Sequence record: PZ386973.1
DNA from: a phage
Reading direction: 5' to 3' (one strand)
DNA length: 64,000 nucleotides
Position 1 is the first letter of the stretch, and each line of letters opens with the position of its first letter. This document shows, piece by piece, positions 48,971-58,659 of this stretch. A program made the translations under genes and the position numbers. The notes below the pieces were generated by a model. The model ran no database searches and was not told the DNA's origin. It saw only the letters and a program-made list of their open reading frames with translations.

Positions 48971-49184
48971 TTTTCACCTGTTCTCTGAAGTTTTGCCCAA
49001 TGCTGTCTAATAGCTCAGCTAATTCTTTATTGCCTTTCTCCATTAAGGTATTAGCAATAACTTCTAGCATAGTAGCACAGGATTCAACACCATCCTTATA
49101 GCCAGTTTCCCACTGCTGCATTAATGCATTTTCCAAAGCGGCATTTAAACCATTATCTGGTAGCATCGGCTTCGAGAATGCCAT
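48963..49184 (-). CDS. Hypothetical protein
   Basis: 73-aa ORF with ATG start in Sir2 operon. Confidence 0.5.
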   Translation of the reverse strand: MAFSKPMLPDNGLNAALENALMQQWETGYKDGVESCATMLEVIANTLMEKGNKELAELLDSIGQNFREQVKNA

Positions 49185-49356
49185 AAAGTTTCTCCTCTAG
49201 TTCCATAACACGATTTTCATAAGAGGCACGCAACTTTTCAATTGCCAGCGCACGCACTGTAACCTCATTAGAATTAATAGCTAATTGGGCCAGGTCTTCT
49301 GTTTCCATACGTCCATTGTAAATTAAGCGATATTTAAGATGTTTTACGTTTTTCAT
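49153..49356 (-). CDS. Hypothetical protein
   Basis: 67-aa ORF with ATG start in Sir2 operon. Confidence 0.5.
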   Translation of the reverse strand: MKNVKHLKYRLIYNGRMETEDLAQLAINSNEVTVRALAIEKLRASYENRVMELEEKLYGILEADATR

Positions 49357-49365
49357 TCTTGTTCC

Positions 49366-49647
49366 TTAGTTCTGTACTGTAAATTTATTCTTATCACAGT
49401 AAGCATAATAATACCCATACATACGATAAATTTTCACAGCCTTAGTAGACCCCTTCGATTCTTCATAATCAATCCAGAGCCACTTGTCTTTACCTACATA
49501 ATGTACCCGAAACTTCTTAACTTTCTTATCATTCCATGTTGCAACAACACGACGATAATCAAATCCGCCCAACCAATCTAGAGCCTTACGTTCTTCACTA
49601 GGCTCTCCAAGATGGGAGACATCTACTTTAGGAAGCAATTCGCTCAT
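49366..49647 (-). CDS. Hypothetical protein
   Basis: 93-aa ORF, first gene downstream of promoter 49676..49704. Confidence 0.55.
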   Translation of the reverse strand: MSELLPKVDVSHLGEPSEERKALDWLGGFDYRRVVATWNDKKVKKFRVHYVGKDKWLWIDYEESKGSTKAVKIYRMYGYYYAYCDKNKFTVQN

Positions 49648-49675
49648 AGCTTTCTCCTCTCAAATTTATAAATCT

Positions 49676-49704
49676 ATTATATATAAATTTTTGGCTGAAA
49701 GCAA
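49676..49704 (-). promoter_or_regulatory. T5-type early promoter of the Sir2-like operon
   Basis: Minus strand TTGCTT - 17 bp - TATAAT then AGATTTATAAATTTGAGAGGAG. Confidence 0.6.
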
Positions 49705-49746
49705 ATAAAATAAAAGCCAGGTCGACTAGCAACCCGGCTGATTAGC

Positions 49747-51621
49747 TTATTTAGCTCGAATATCCTGATGTTTCACTCTGCCCATCACCTCGTGCTGTTT
49801 GCCGGGGTTAAATGGACGAGCACCTGGATTTCCAAGATACCCACAAACTCGACGAGTTACTTCAAGAGTTTCGGGGTCATGATTACCACAGATAGGGCAC
49901 TTAAATCCATCTTCGGATGCTATTGTTTCACCTAAGAATCCACATTTACCACAAGAATCCACTGGAGTATTAATACCGAAGTAATGAACCTTACTAGCAG
50001 CATAATTAATAACCCATTCCAGTGCATCTGGGAATCGTTTCATATCCGGTAGTTCCACATAGGAAATGCATCCACCAGAAGCAATCGGCGTAAAATTAGA
50101 TTCATAGTCGAACTTCACGTTTGGAGCAACCTTACGCTCCACATCTAGGTGGTGCGAGTTAGTGTAGTAACCTTTACTAAGAATATCTTCATGCTCCGGG
50201 AAATATTCACGATCTAAACGGCAGAAACGATCACATAAGGATTCAGATGGTGTAGCATACAGACTATAGCCTAACTGAGTCTCTTCCTTCTTCTGATCCA
50301 CTCTATCCCGCATATATTGTAGAACACGTTGTACAAACTTAATACAGGTCTCGGACATTGTATCTACATCTTTGCCAAACATAAATTGTAGCATCTCATG
50401 GCAACCAATATATCCCAGAGATACAGAAGCACGGTTATAGAAATGATCAAATACATATTCATCAGGCCCCAAGCGTAGTCCAAAGGCTCCTGACATATAG
50501 AGGATGGGTGCGGCTTTAGCTTGAATGTATTTTAAGCGATCAACTCTCCACTCCAGTGCTTTAAGCGCGGTATCCACACGTAGCTCAAGCAAATCAAAGA
50601 ATAGATCAATGTTCCCTTCAGCTTCGATAGCAATTCTAGGCAAGTTTACAGAAACAACACCTAAGTTATTACGACCGGCAGTTTCTCCATCTTCTGCAGC
50701 AGCTAGGAACGAACGGCAGCCCATAGAAACTTTATAGTCACCAGTAACTTCCACAACCTTATCATAGCTGATGTAATCAGGATACATACGTTCAGCAGTA
50801 CATTTCATAGCTAACTTCTTGATGTCATAATTAACATCCCCTGGTTTCATATTTACGCCATCACGAAGTACAAATACCAGTTTCGGGAAGATAGCTGTAC
50901 GTTTATTGATACCTAAACCATCCATGCGTACTTTCAGTATTGCTTTCTGTACTAGACGTGCTTCCCAAGAAGTTCCTAGACCAAAACCAAAGGTAATAAA
51001 TGGACTCTGACCATTAGAGTTGAACATGGTATTGATTTCATATTCTAAACCCTGACAAGCGTCATAGACTTCTTTTTCAGTCATCTCCGTAGCCATTACG
51101 GATGCTTTAGCTTCATCCTTAGTCCAACGTTTTGCAAACGCATGATTTTTGTCATAGGATTTACGAACATAAGGGGCTAATACTTCATCAAGGCGATCTA
51201 CAGAAGTACCACCATACTGATGGGAGCTAACCTGAGTAATAATTTGAGCAGTAATAGCCGCCGCAGTAGTGATAGAGTTTGGAGTGCTAATTTCAGCATT
51301 ACCAACTTTCATACCATTCTTCAACATATCTTCCAGAGCTACCAGACAACAGTTAGTCATGCCTAATGCAGCATAATCAGCATCATGGAAATGAATATCC
51401 CCAATCATATGAGCATTTCGAATCTGAATTGGCATTTCTTCTAGAATTAGATACTTACTCAATTCACCTGCAAGCATATCCCTTTGTGTAGGGAAACGTT
51501 CTGAGGGTTTATTGGCATTATTAAATAGCAGTTCTTCATCTGCTGACCCTTCGATAATCTCTTTGCAGTTTCTAATTAACGCCTGCATTTCTTTATATTT
51601 TAGTTCTTCATTACGATTCAT
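49747..51621 (-). CDS. nrdD: Anaerobic ribonucleoside-triphosphate reductase
   Basis: C-terminal glycyl-radical motif RVCGYLG and Cys cluster CGKCGF...CPICG; ATG 51621 chosen (track start is GTG one codon upstream). Confidence 0.9.
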   Translation of the reverse strand: MNRNEELKYKEMQALIRNCKEIIEGSADEELLFNNANKPSERFPTQRDMLAGELSKYLILEEMPIQIRNAHMIGDIHFHDADYAALGMTNCCLVALEDMLKNGMKVGNAEISTPNSITTAAAITAQIITQVSSHQYGGTSVDRLDEVLAPYVRKSYDKNHAFAKRWTKDEAKASVMATEMTEKEVYDACQGLEYEINTMFNSNGQSPFITFGFGLGTSWEARLVQKAILKVRMDGLGINKRTAIFPKLVFVLRDGVNMKPGDVNYDIKKLAMKCTAERMYPDYISYDKVVEVTGDYKVSMGCRSFLAAAEDGETAGRNNLGVVSVNLPRIAIEAEGNIDLFFDLLELRVDTALKALEWRVDRLKYIQAKAAPILYMSGAFGLRLGPDEYVFDHFYNRASVSLGYIGCHEMLQFMFGKDVDTMSETCIKFVQRVLQYMRDRVDQKKEETQLGYSLYATPSESLCDRFCRLDREYFPEHEDILSKGYYTNSHHLDVERKVAPNVKFDYESNFTPIASGGCISYVELPDMKRFPDALEWVINYAASKVHYFGINTPVDSCGKCGFLGETIASEDGFKCPICGNHDPETLEVTRRVCGYLGNPGARPFNPGKQHEVMGRVKHQDIRAK

Positions 51622-51650
51622 CACACCCTCCTTCTCTAACTAAGACTACT

Positions 51651-51679
51651 ATTATAACTCATTCGAGGGCGGATGTCAA
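51651..51679 (-). promoter_or_regulatory. Consensus sigma70 promoter upstream of nrdD
   Basis: Minus strand TTGACA - 17 bp - TATAAT, then GAAGGAGG RBS and ATG. Confidence 0.65.
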
Positions 51680-51730
51680 CAATATTTTACTATAAAGTTC
51701 TGTAACATGATCTGAGTCAAAAAATTTTAT

Positions 51731-51759
51731 TTGCCAACCTCTATTAAAAATTGTATAAT
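51731..51759 (+). promoter_or_regulatory. T5-type early promoter (distal, upstream of phoH)
   Basis: TTGCCA - 17 bp - TATAAT. Confidence 0.5.
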
Positions 51760-51871
51760 CACGCACTCGTGTATGCGATATAAAATGATTGTCTAGTATC
51801 ACACATCTACCATTAAAAGCAAGCAAATTTTTTATTTAAATGCAATATCATAGGCTTATTTAAAATTGTAG

Positions 51872-51900
51872 TTGCTTTTTACTGTATATATTGGTATAAT
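51872..51900 (+). promoter_or_regulatory. T5-type early promoter (proximal, upstream of phoH)
   Basis: TTGCTT - 17 bp - TATAAT. Confidence 0.6.
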
Positions 51901-51973
51901 ATATTTGTAAGTTGATAAACAAGATCTTTTTGTTGATCCTCTGTTAGCGAAGTACACTATAGGAGTGTTATTT

Positions 51974-52726
51974 ATGGGAAAAGCACGTCAAAAAAGAGAG
52001 AACCGCAATGGTTCAAGAAAGCGTGGCAACAAATATGAGAATAACGTAATTCAGGCTGATTTTTCTAATGATTACGCTAACCCAGTTGCTAAATCCCTAG
52101 TAGGTAAAAACCGCGAGCAAAAATCATATATCAATATGATCAAGAACAACACAGTGACTGTGGGTATCGGTGAGCCAGGTACTGGTAAAACCTTTATTCC
52201 GTCTGTTCTTGCAGCTCAGGAACTCGTAGACATTCACTCAGATATTGAGCAAGTGATTCTCGTACGTCCTAATGAACCTCTAGGTAAGTCTCTTGGTATG
52301 CTTCCTGGTGATCTAGCGGAAAAGCTAGAGCCTTGGTTGGAGCCAATAGCTGATGGTATGAAATGGGCCATCGGCGACCATGCATATAAAGGATATGTCG
52401 AACGTCAGAAAATTAAATTTTTGGCTATCGAACATGCTCGTGGCAGAACTTTCAACAACTCCTATGTAATTGTCGATGAAGCTCAGAATATTTCCGTTGA
52501 GGCAATGATTTGTCTCCTAACTCGTGTAGGACAAGATTGCCGTTTAATTATCTGCGGAGATATAGCTCAGAAAGACATTAAAGGTGACTCAGGTCTAGCA
52601 CTACTTATGGAAGTCTATGAGAAATACGAAAATGCCCCATTCTCAATGATCGAATTGATTGATAACGTTCGTTCTGTTGAGTCTAAAGCATTCTATGATA
52701 TTTTTAAAGACATGGGGAAGGTGTAA
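51974..52726 (+). CDS. phoH: PhoH-like ATPase
   Basis: Walker A GEPGTGKTF, Walker B VIVDEAQN; ATG 51974 with AGGAG RBS. Confidence 0.85.
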   Translation: MGKARQKRENRNGSRKRGNKYENNVIQADFSNDYANPVAKSLVGKNREQKSYINMIKNNTVTVGIGEPGTGKTFIPSVLAAQELVDIHSDIEQVILVRPNEPLGKSLGMLPGDLAEKLEPWLEPIADGMKWAIGDHAYKGYVERQKIKFLAIEHARGRTFNNSYVIVDEAQNISVEAMICLLTRVGQDCRLIICGDIAQKDIKGDSGLALLMEVYEKYENAPFSMIELIDNVRSVESKAFYDIFKDMGKV

Positions 52727-52727
52727 T

Positions 52728-52949
52728 ATGGGAAACGTCGTTCATCTGAGCCGTAAAACTAAAATACATCGTACTTCACTGAGTGCTGCTAATATGATTA
52801 CACGTAGGGAAGGGGAAGAAAGTCCTAAGACAACCCTAGCGTGGAAAATTGTAACCTCAAATCCAAATAAACCATTCAATTATAACGAGCTGAGCACCTC
52901 CATAGATATTCTATTAAAAGAAGTAGCTAGAGCTAAAGTAATTGAATAA
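52728..52949 (+). CDS. Hypothetical protein
   Basis: 73 aa from ATG 52728 right after phoH stop; followed by terminator hairpin. Confidence 0.5.
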   Translation: MGNVVHLSRKTKIHRTSLSAANMITRREGEESPKTTLAWKIVTSNPNKPFNYNELSTSIDILLKEVARAKVIE

Positions 52950-52977
52950 GCTAAAAAGCTAGACTGACAACACAGAA

Positions 52978-53009
52978 GGCCTGGGTATGAAAATACTCGG
53001 GCCTTTTCT
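52978..53009 (+). terminator. Intrinsic terminator upstream of nrdA promoter
   Basis: GGCCTGGGTA-TGAAAA-TACTCGGGCC (with G-U pairs) followed by TTTTCT. Confidence 0.55.
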
Positions 53010-53024
53010 ATCAGAAAATTTTAT

Positions 53025-53053
53025 TTGCCTAATGACCGATAATAAAGTAGAAT
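53025..53053 (+). promoter_or_regulatory. T5-type early promoter upstream of nrdA
   Basis: TTGCCT - 17 bp - TAGAAT with A/T-rich upstream. Confidence 0.5.
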
Positions 53054-53091
53054 ATTTCCTAAATCCTGATAACTATAAAAAGGAAAACCAA

Positions 53092-55422
53092 ATGAGCCAT
53101 CGTATTGAAAAAGTAATTAAACGTGACGGTACTGTAGAAGACTTTGCTCCTGAAAAAATCAATGGTTGGGCAGAGTATGGTTGCAAAACAGTTGATGTAA
53201 GTTGGTCAGCCATTACTATGGCTGCTCAAAAAACTCTGCCTAAAGGGGTTGTAGATTCCGACACTCTGATGGACGCATTAATTAAAGCTGCTGAAAGTCT
53301 TATCAAAGATAACCCAGCATACGACGTGCCGGCAAAGGAATTACGTCTTGCGCAAATGCGTAAACGCCTCTATGATTCCTTCGAACCGCCTTCTCTGCGC
53401 TTCTTCCATGACCATATGGTTAGCGTAGGTGCATGGGAAGACATGAGTGCATGGATTACCGATGAGCAATTTGAAGCTCTGAATCAGGTTATCGACCATG
53501 ATCGTGATCGTCTTTTTACTAGTGGTGGACTGAAGCAGTTCTTTGATAAGTATTCCCGTCGTAATATAGCCACTGGTGAAATTTATGAAACCCCGCAATT
53601 TGCCTACATGGGTATGGCAATGGCGATGCTATCTCAACCTAACTGGACAATTCTAGATGCAATCGACCTCTACAACGCAATGTCGCTCCACAAAATCAAC
53701 GTTCCTACGCCGCCACTGGTTGGTCTGCGCTCTAGTGACCGCGGATTTGCTAGTTGCTGCCTCGTGGATTCCACTGACACATTGGATTCAATCGACACCG
53801 CCGAGCACATCGTCTTCAAAATGGTCGCAGCCAGAGCGGGAATCGGGTATCATCTTGAAAGCCGATCAATTGCTGATCCGGTGCGAAATGGGGCATTCCC
53901 GCATTCCGGAAAACTGCCATATTATCGACACATTGATCGATCAGTAAAAGCGAACACTCAGCAAACCCGTGGTGGTTCTGCTACTGTATCTTACCCGTAC
54001 TTCGATCCTGAAATCATTCAGTTGATGCAGGTTAAGCAACAACGTGCTACAGACGAGAATAAAATCGACAAGATGGATTATTCTCTGAGCTTCAATAATC
54101 TTTTGTTAAAACGTTATCTGAAAAACGAAGATATTACGCTAATGTCGTACTTCTATGCCCCAGAAGTTCATGAAGCGTTTTATAGTGATGACGAGGCTAA
54201 ATTTGAAGAAATCTATGTGGCAGCGGAGAAACGTGTGGCATCTCTTACAAAGATCGACCACGAAGGAAAAACAGTTCCAGCAGCTCCTAAAGTCTCTGCA
54301 AAAGAAATCCTAGATACCTGGCTGCGTATCCGAATGGAAACAGGACGTATGTATGCTCATCACATTGGGGAATCTAATCGTCATGGTAACTTCCTTGATC
54401 CGATCCGTATGACAAACCTTTGTGTTGAAATTACTCAGCCTACACGCCCGTTCCACCATATCACAGAACTGTATAAGACAAAAGAGCAGCTTGATCAAAT
54501 GAAGCCAGAGGATATTGGTGAAGTATCTCTGTGTAACTTAGGCGGTGTTGTACTTGGACGCATGGAATCTCTGGCTGAGTGGGAAAAGACTTGCTATATT
54601 CTTCTGAAATTCGTTGATACCATCATTGAAATTCAGGATTATCCATTCCCAACTATGGAATATACGGCTAAGAAACGTCGTAACGTTGGTATTGGTCTGA
54701 TGAACGCAGCAGGTGCAATGGCAGCGGAAGGTTTGGCTTATGAAGGCGTTGAAGCGCGTAACTGGATTCATCGTGAAGCTGAAAAACTGTCCTACTTCCT
54801 GCATAAAGCCTCTGTACGCCTAGCCAAAGAGCAAGGTGCATGTGAATGGTTTGACCGTACTAAACCGTCTAAAGGAATACTGGTAATCGACACGTACAAG
54901 AAAACTGTTGATGAACTGGTATCAGTAGGTCTAGAAATGGATTGGGAATCTCTACGTGCAGATATTCTGAAATATGGTATGCGTAACTCTGTTCTGACTG
55001 CTCAGATGCCTGGAGAAAGTTCTTCTGTACTGTTGGGTGTTACTAACTCTATCGAACCGCCTCGTAAGATTGTATCTATCAAGGGTAGTGCGGTGAATAA
55101 AGTAATTGCAATTGCTCCAGGTGCAACCGATTGGGAAACGTTAATGAGCTATAAACTGGCTTATGATGTAGATCGTATCGAGTGGATCAAATGGGTAGCA
55201 ACTATGCAGAAATTCTTCAGTCAGTCTATCAGTACGAATATGTACTATGACTACACCAAGTTTGAGAATGAAATCATTCCTGGCCCAGTAGTAGTTCGTG
55301 ATTTCATGACTGCTGTTAAGTATGGGTGGAAAACTTGGTATTATGCTAACTTCAACACTGCAAATGGTGGAGGTGCTGGAGAAGAAGCAGCCGGTTGTGC
55401 ATCCGGTGGTTGTACTATTTAA
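53092..55422 (+). CDS. nrdA: Ribonucleotide reductase class Ia large subunit
   Basis: ATP-cone N-terminus, NLCVEI active-site motif, C-terminal CASGGC tail; ATG 53092. Confidence 0.92.
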   Translation: MSHRIEKVIKRDGTVEDFAPEKINGWAEYGCKTVDVSWSAITMAAQKTLPKGVVDSDTLMDALIKAAESLIKDNPAYDVPAKELRLAQMRKRLYDSFEPPSLRFFHDHMVSVGAWEDMSAWITDEQFEALNQVIDHDRDRLFTSGGLKQFFDKYSRRNIATGEIYETPQFAYMGMAMAMLSQPNWTILDAIDLYNAMSLHKINVPTPPLVGLRSSDRGFASCCLVDSTDTLDSIDTAEHIVFKMVAARAGIGYHLESRSIADPVRNGAFPHSGKLPYYRHIDRSVKANTQQTRGGSATVSYPYFDPEIIQLMQVKQQRATDENKIDKMDYSLSFNNLLLKRYLKNEDITLMSYFYAPEVHEAFYSDDEAKFEEIYVAAEKRVASLTKIDHEGKTVPAAPKVSAKEILDTWLRIRMETGRMYAHHIGESNRHGNFLDPIRMTNLCVEITQPTRPFHHITELYKTKEQLDQMKPEDIGEVSLCNLGGVVLGRMESLAEWEKTCYILLKFVDTIIEIQDYPFPTMEYTAKKRRNVGIGLMNAAGAMAAEGLAYEGVEARNWIHREAEKLSYFLHKASVRLAKEQGACEWFDRTKPSKGILVIDTYKKTVDELVSVGLEMDWESLRADILKYGMRNSVLTAQMPGESSSVLLGVTNSIEPPRKIVSIKGSAVNKVIAIAPGATDWETLMSYKLAYDVDRIEWIKWVATMQKFFSQSISTNMYYDYTKFENEIIPGPVVVRDFMTAVKYGWKTWYYANFNTANGGGAGEEAAGCASGGCTI

Positions 55423-55430
55423 TAAAAACA

Positions 55431-55458
55431 AGGAGATCTTCGGGTCTCCTTTTTCTTT
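55431..55458 (+). terminator. Intrinsic terminator after nrdA
   Basis: AGGAGA-TCTTCGGG-TCTCCT followed by TTTTCTTT. Confidence 0.7.
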
Positions 55459-55468
55459 GAAATTTTAC

Positions 55469-55497
55469 TTGCTAATCTCTACCAGATTTGCTATAAT
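55469..55497 (+). promoter_or_regulatory. T5-type early promoter upstream of nrdB
   Basis: TTGCTA - 17 bp - TATAAT. Confidence 0.6.
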
Positions 55498-55528
55498 ATT
55501 CCTGAAATAGTGAGAAAGAGGAAAATCA

Positions 55529-56674
55529 ATGACTACTTTACTAAACCTGAATTGGGACCATACTAACGCTGACCTTTTCCTGGGAGATTCTCTCGGTGTC
55601 GCAGATTATGTACGCGTAGCACATCCAGAACTAGAACGTCTGGCACTTCTGCAACGCTCTCAATTTTGGACTGAAACTGAAATCAGTCTGGAAGCAGATA
55701 AGAAACAATGGCCTAATCTCCCACGTGAAATTCAGGAAATTACACTCCTGAACTTAGCATGGCAGACTCAAACTGATTCCTTTATCAGTCGTGCCCCTGA
55801 AGCAGCTATTATGCCGCTTGTAAGTCGTCCAGAATTGGAAGGAATGTTAAAGCAGTGGAGCTACTTCGAAGACCTGCATAGTCGTGCTTATAGTAATATT
55901 ATTCGTAATGTGTTGACTGACCCAGCAGAATTTATTGATTCTGTAACTAAAAACCAAGAAGCATTCGCACGAATCGCTGATTCTGTTGAACTATTCGATG
56001 AACTGTACCAGTTAGGTCAGTATTTCATTGCAGTACGCGATCATCGTGGCGACAATACTTATCCAGAAACTGAGTTCCCTGAAGTTAAACGTGAAACTCA
56101 GGCTAAACTATTAGACGCTTACTTTGCTATCTATGGTCTGGAAGCAATGCAGTTTTACGCATCATTTGCATGTACCTTTGCATTAGCAGAGAACGATATT
56201 CTGCAAGGTATTGCTAAAAATCTGCAATTAATCGCTAAAGATGAAGCTCTGCACACTCAGATGTCCAAAGCAATCATCCAGATTATGTTCCAGCAGTTTG
56301 ACAAAGACCTGGTGGATGAAGCAGTGGCTAAAGCACCAGCACAGCTCCTGAAAACTCTGAAAACTGAAATTGAATGGGGTCATTTCATTTTCAAAGGTCG
56401 TAGTCTGATTGGCTTGAATGCAGAACTTCTAGAAGAATATCTGTACTTTGTGGGGCGTAATGCATTTATGCACATCGGTGTAGAATGGCCTAGTCACTTA
56501 CCAGTAATCACCAAAAACCCTATTCCGTGGATCATGAACTGGTTGGATACTACTTCTCTACAGCCTGCTCCGCAAGAAATCCAGATTGGTGCAGCTTACC
56601 GTGTAGGTCAGGTAACTGAGACCTCTACGGATACCCTGAAAGATCTGGGTAATGAATTTGGAGATTTCTTATGA
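55529..56674 (+). CDS. nrdB: Ribonucleotide reductase class Ia small subunit
   Basis: 381 aa immediately downstream of nrdA with own promoter; R2-type ferritin-like fold motifs. Confidence 0.88.
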   Translation: MTTLLNLNWDHTNADLFLGDSLGVADYVRVAHPELERLALLQRSQFWTETEISLEADKKQWPNLPREIQEITLLNLAWQTQTDSFISRAPEAAIMPLVSRPELEGMLKQWSYFEDLHSRAYSNIIRNVLTDPAEFIDSVTKNQEAFARIADSVELFDELYQLGQYFIAVRDHRGDNTYPETEFPEVKRETQAKLLDAYFAIYGLEAMQFYASFACTFALAENDILQGIAKNLQLIAKDEALHTQMSKAIIQIMFQQFDKDLVDEAVAKAPAQLLKTLKTEIEWGHFIFKGRSLIGLNAELLEEYLYFVGRNAFMHIGVEWPSHLPVITKNPIPWIMNWLDTTSLQPAPQEIQIGAAYRVGQVTETSTDTLKDLGNEFGDFL

Positions 56675-57204
56675 TTACAGCAATGTATGCAGTTGGGCCG
56701 AATGGGGAGTTCGGCCTCCGCGGTAAACTTCCATGGGGTTCTTTCAAAGAAGAACTAGATGCTTTCTATTCTCAACTGGACGTGTTGAATCCAGATAACA
56801 TCATTATTGGTGCGGGTACTTATTTAGCTCTTCCATACGCCGTTAGGGAACGTATGATTGGAGCCTCCGACCTATTTATTCGTGCAGATCGTCCACTGCC
56901 AGACGATATTACACATGATATTTACACCCCAATTTCTAGGATTGGGGATACATTGCCCACGTTCTTAAAAGATCAGCAAACAGTAGTTCTAGGCGGAGCT
57001 AATCTTCTTTTGGAAATGTACCAGCACGGGCACATAGAAAGTGCTTTTGTATCTACAATCTTTAGCGAACAGAAGCTAGAGGCAGATATACACCTAGATA
57101 GCACAATCCTGGATTATAATTATGAATCCACTAGATTAGTTTATGCAGTTGGCGCTAACAGTGATAACAGCCTGCGATTTGTACAGGAATTGGTTACTTA
57201 TTAA
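56671..57204 (+). CDS. frd: Dihydrofolate reductase
   Basis: N-terminal AVGPNGEFGLRGKLPW motif typical of DHFR; adjacent to thymidylate synthase. Confidence 0.75.
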   Translation: MITAMYAVGPNGEFGLRGKLPWGSFKEELDAFYSQLDVLNPDNIIIGAGTYLALPYAVRERMIGASDLFIRADRPLPDDITHDIYTPISRIGDTLPTFLKDQQTVVLGGANLLLEMYQHGHIESAFVSTIFSEQKLEADIHLDSTILDYNYESTRLVYAVGANSDNSLRFVQELVTY

Positions 57205-58043
57205 TGCAACAATACTTAAAAATTCTAACAGATGTAATTTTATTGGGTGAACCACGTAACGATCGTACGGGAACAGGCACAGTTTCAATTTTCGATTCCT
57301 ATGCTAAGTTCGACCTACGTGAAGGATTCCCTGCCGTAACCACTAAACGTCTAGCTTGGAAATCGGTAGTTGGGGAACTCTTATGGTTTTTATCTGGATC
57401 TACAAATCTTCATGATCTACGTGTATTCACATTTGGTCGTGACGAAGGACAGTGGACCATCTGGACTCCAAATTATGAAGACCAAGCTATAAGTATGGGG
57501 TATGATAAGGGTAATCTAGGACCAGTATATGGTAAACAGTGGCGTAACTTTGGTGGACGAGATCAGATTCTAGAACTTATTGAGGGACTCAAGAATAATC
57601 CTCATGGCCGCAGACATCTAGTTTCTGCATGGAATGTTGCTGAACTTGATAAAATGGCATTACCACCCTGTCACTACGGCTTCCAGTGCTATGTAAGTAA
57701 CGATGGATACCTAGATCTTAAATGGACACAACGTTCTGTAGATTGTTTCCTCGGTTTACCTTTCAATATTGCTAGTTATGCTTTATTAACGCATATAATA
57801 GCAAAACTGACAGGATTAAAACCTCGTTATCTTATCTTTAGTGGCGGTGATACTCATATCTATAATGACCACATGGAACAGGTAGAAGAACAGGTAAAAC
57901 GTAAACCTCGTCCTTTACCGACTCTAGTAATGCCAGAATTTGTAGATCTTTACGACTTACTAGAAAATAATACGGCAGCTTGGTCATTCCATTTAGAGGG
58001 GTACGATCCTCACCCAGCTCTTAAAGCTAAGATGTCTTCTTAA
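57204..58043 (+). CDS. thyA: Thymidylate synthase
   Basis: 279 aa; motifs RTGTGT, catalytic PPCH (LPPCHYGFQCYV), DxxLGxPFN-like region. Confidence 0.9.
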   Translation: MQQYLKILTDVILLGEPRNDRTGTGTVSIFDSYAKFDLREGFPAVTTKRLAWKSVVGELLWFLSGSTNLHDLRVFTFGRDEGQWTIWTPNYEDQAISMGYDKGNLGPVYGKQWRNFGGRDQILELIEGLKNNPHGRRHLVSAWNVAELDKMALPPCHYGFQCYVSNDGYLDLKWTQRSVDCFLGLPFNIASYALLTHIIAKLTGLKPRYLIFSGGDTHIYNDHMEQVEEQVKRKPRPLPTLVMPEFVDLYDLLENNTAAWSFHLEGYDPHPALKAKMSS

Positions 58044-58047
58044 CTCA

Positions 58048-58070
58048 AATAGCCCTTCGGGGCTATTATA
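58048..58070 (+). terminator. Hairpin after thyA (weak terminator)
   Basis: ATAGCCC-TTCG-GGGCTAT; U-tract weak. Confidence 0.4.
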
Positions 58071-58082
58071 TCTAAATTTCAT

Positions 58083-58111
58083 TTGCTTACTGAGTGAAAT
58101 TTAGATATAAT
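58083..58111 (+). promoter_or_regulatory. T5-type early promoter
   Basis: TTGCTT - 17 bp - TATAAT upstream of 58136..58390. Confidence 0.6.
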
Positions 58112-58135
58112 ATATTTTATAAATCGGAGACAACT

Positions 58136-58390
58136 ATGGGACTCTTTAAAAAGAAAGTTTATTTAACACAAAGTCAAGAACGTAGGTTCTTAGCTCTGTC
58201 TCAGTATTATCACTTACCTTTCGATCATTTTGTAGAACGGGCGTTAGAACAATTCCTAGAAAAGGAATTAAAGGCAATTAGACCTGAACCGCCAAGAGTA
58301 CCAAATGATGCACAGAGAGGTCATCCATGTATTCCTCCTATGCCGCCAATTCCTCCAGCGACTAGGGTAATTATAGAAGGCGAAAACTAA
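58136..58390 (+). CDS. Hypothetical protein
   Basis: 85 aa from ATG 58136 with GGAGA RBS and promoter 58083..58111. Confidence 0.5.
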   Translation: MGLFKKKVYLTQSQERRFLALSQYYHLPFDHFVERALEQFLEKELKAIRPEPPRVPNDAQRGHPCIPPMPPIPPATRVIIEGEN

Positions 58391-58659
58391 TGTCTATTCT
58401 TTTATCTGCTTTAGAAGCAAAACAAAATACTATTGCTGTTATTAAACAGGAAGTACTTAATCTAGAGTCACTTATTGCCGTAGAGATTGATAAAGCAATC
58501 AAAGAAAAAGAATTTAACTGCCATATTCAGGGATTAACTGAATATTCAGAAAACGCCAGAAACAGCGTTATGCAACGACTCACTAAACTAGGCTATGTCG
58601 TAGAAGCTAAGTATGAGCAGCGTGAAGGTTTTTGGCTTGAAATTGACTGGAGCAAATAA
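58390..58659 (+). CDS. Hypothetical protein
   Basis: 89-aa ORF, start overlapping previous stop. Confidence 0.5.
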   Translation: MSILLSALEAKQNTIAVIKQEVLNLESLIAVEIDKAIKEKEFNCHIQGLTEYSENARNSVMQRLTKLGYVVEAKYEQREGFWLEIDWSK

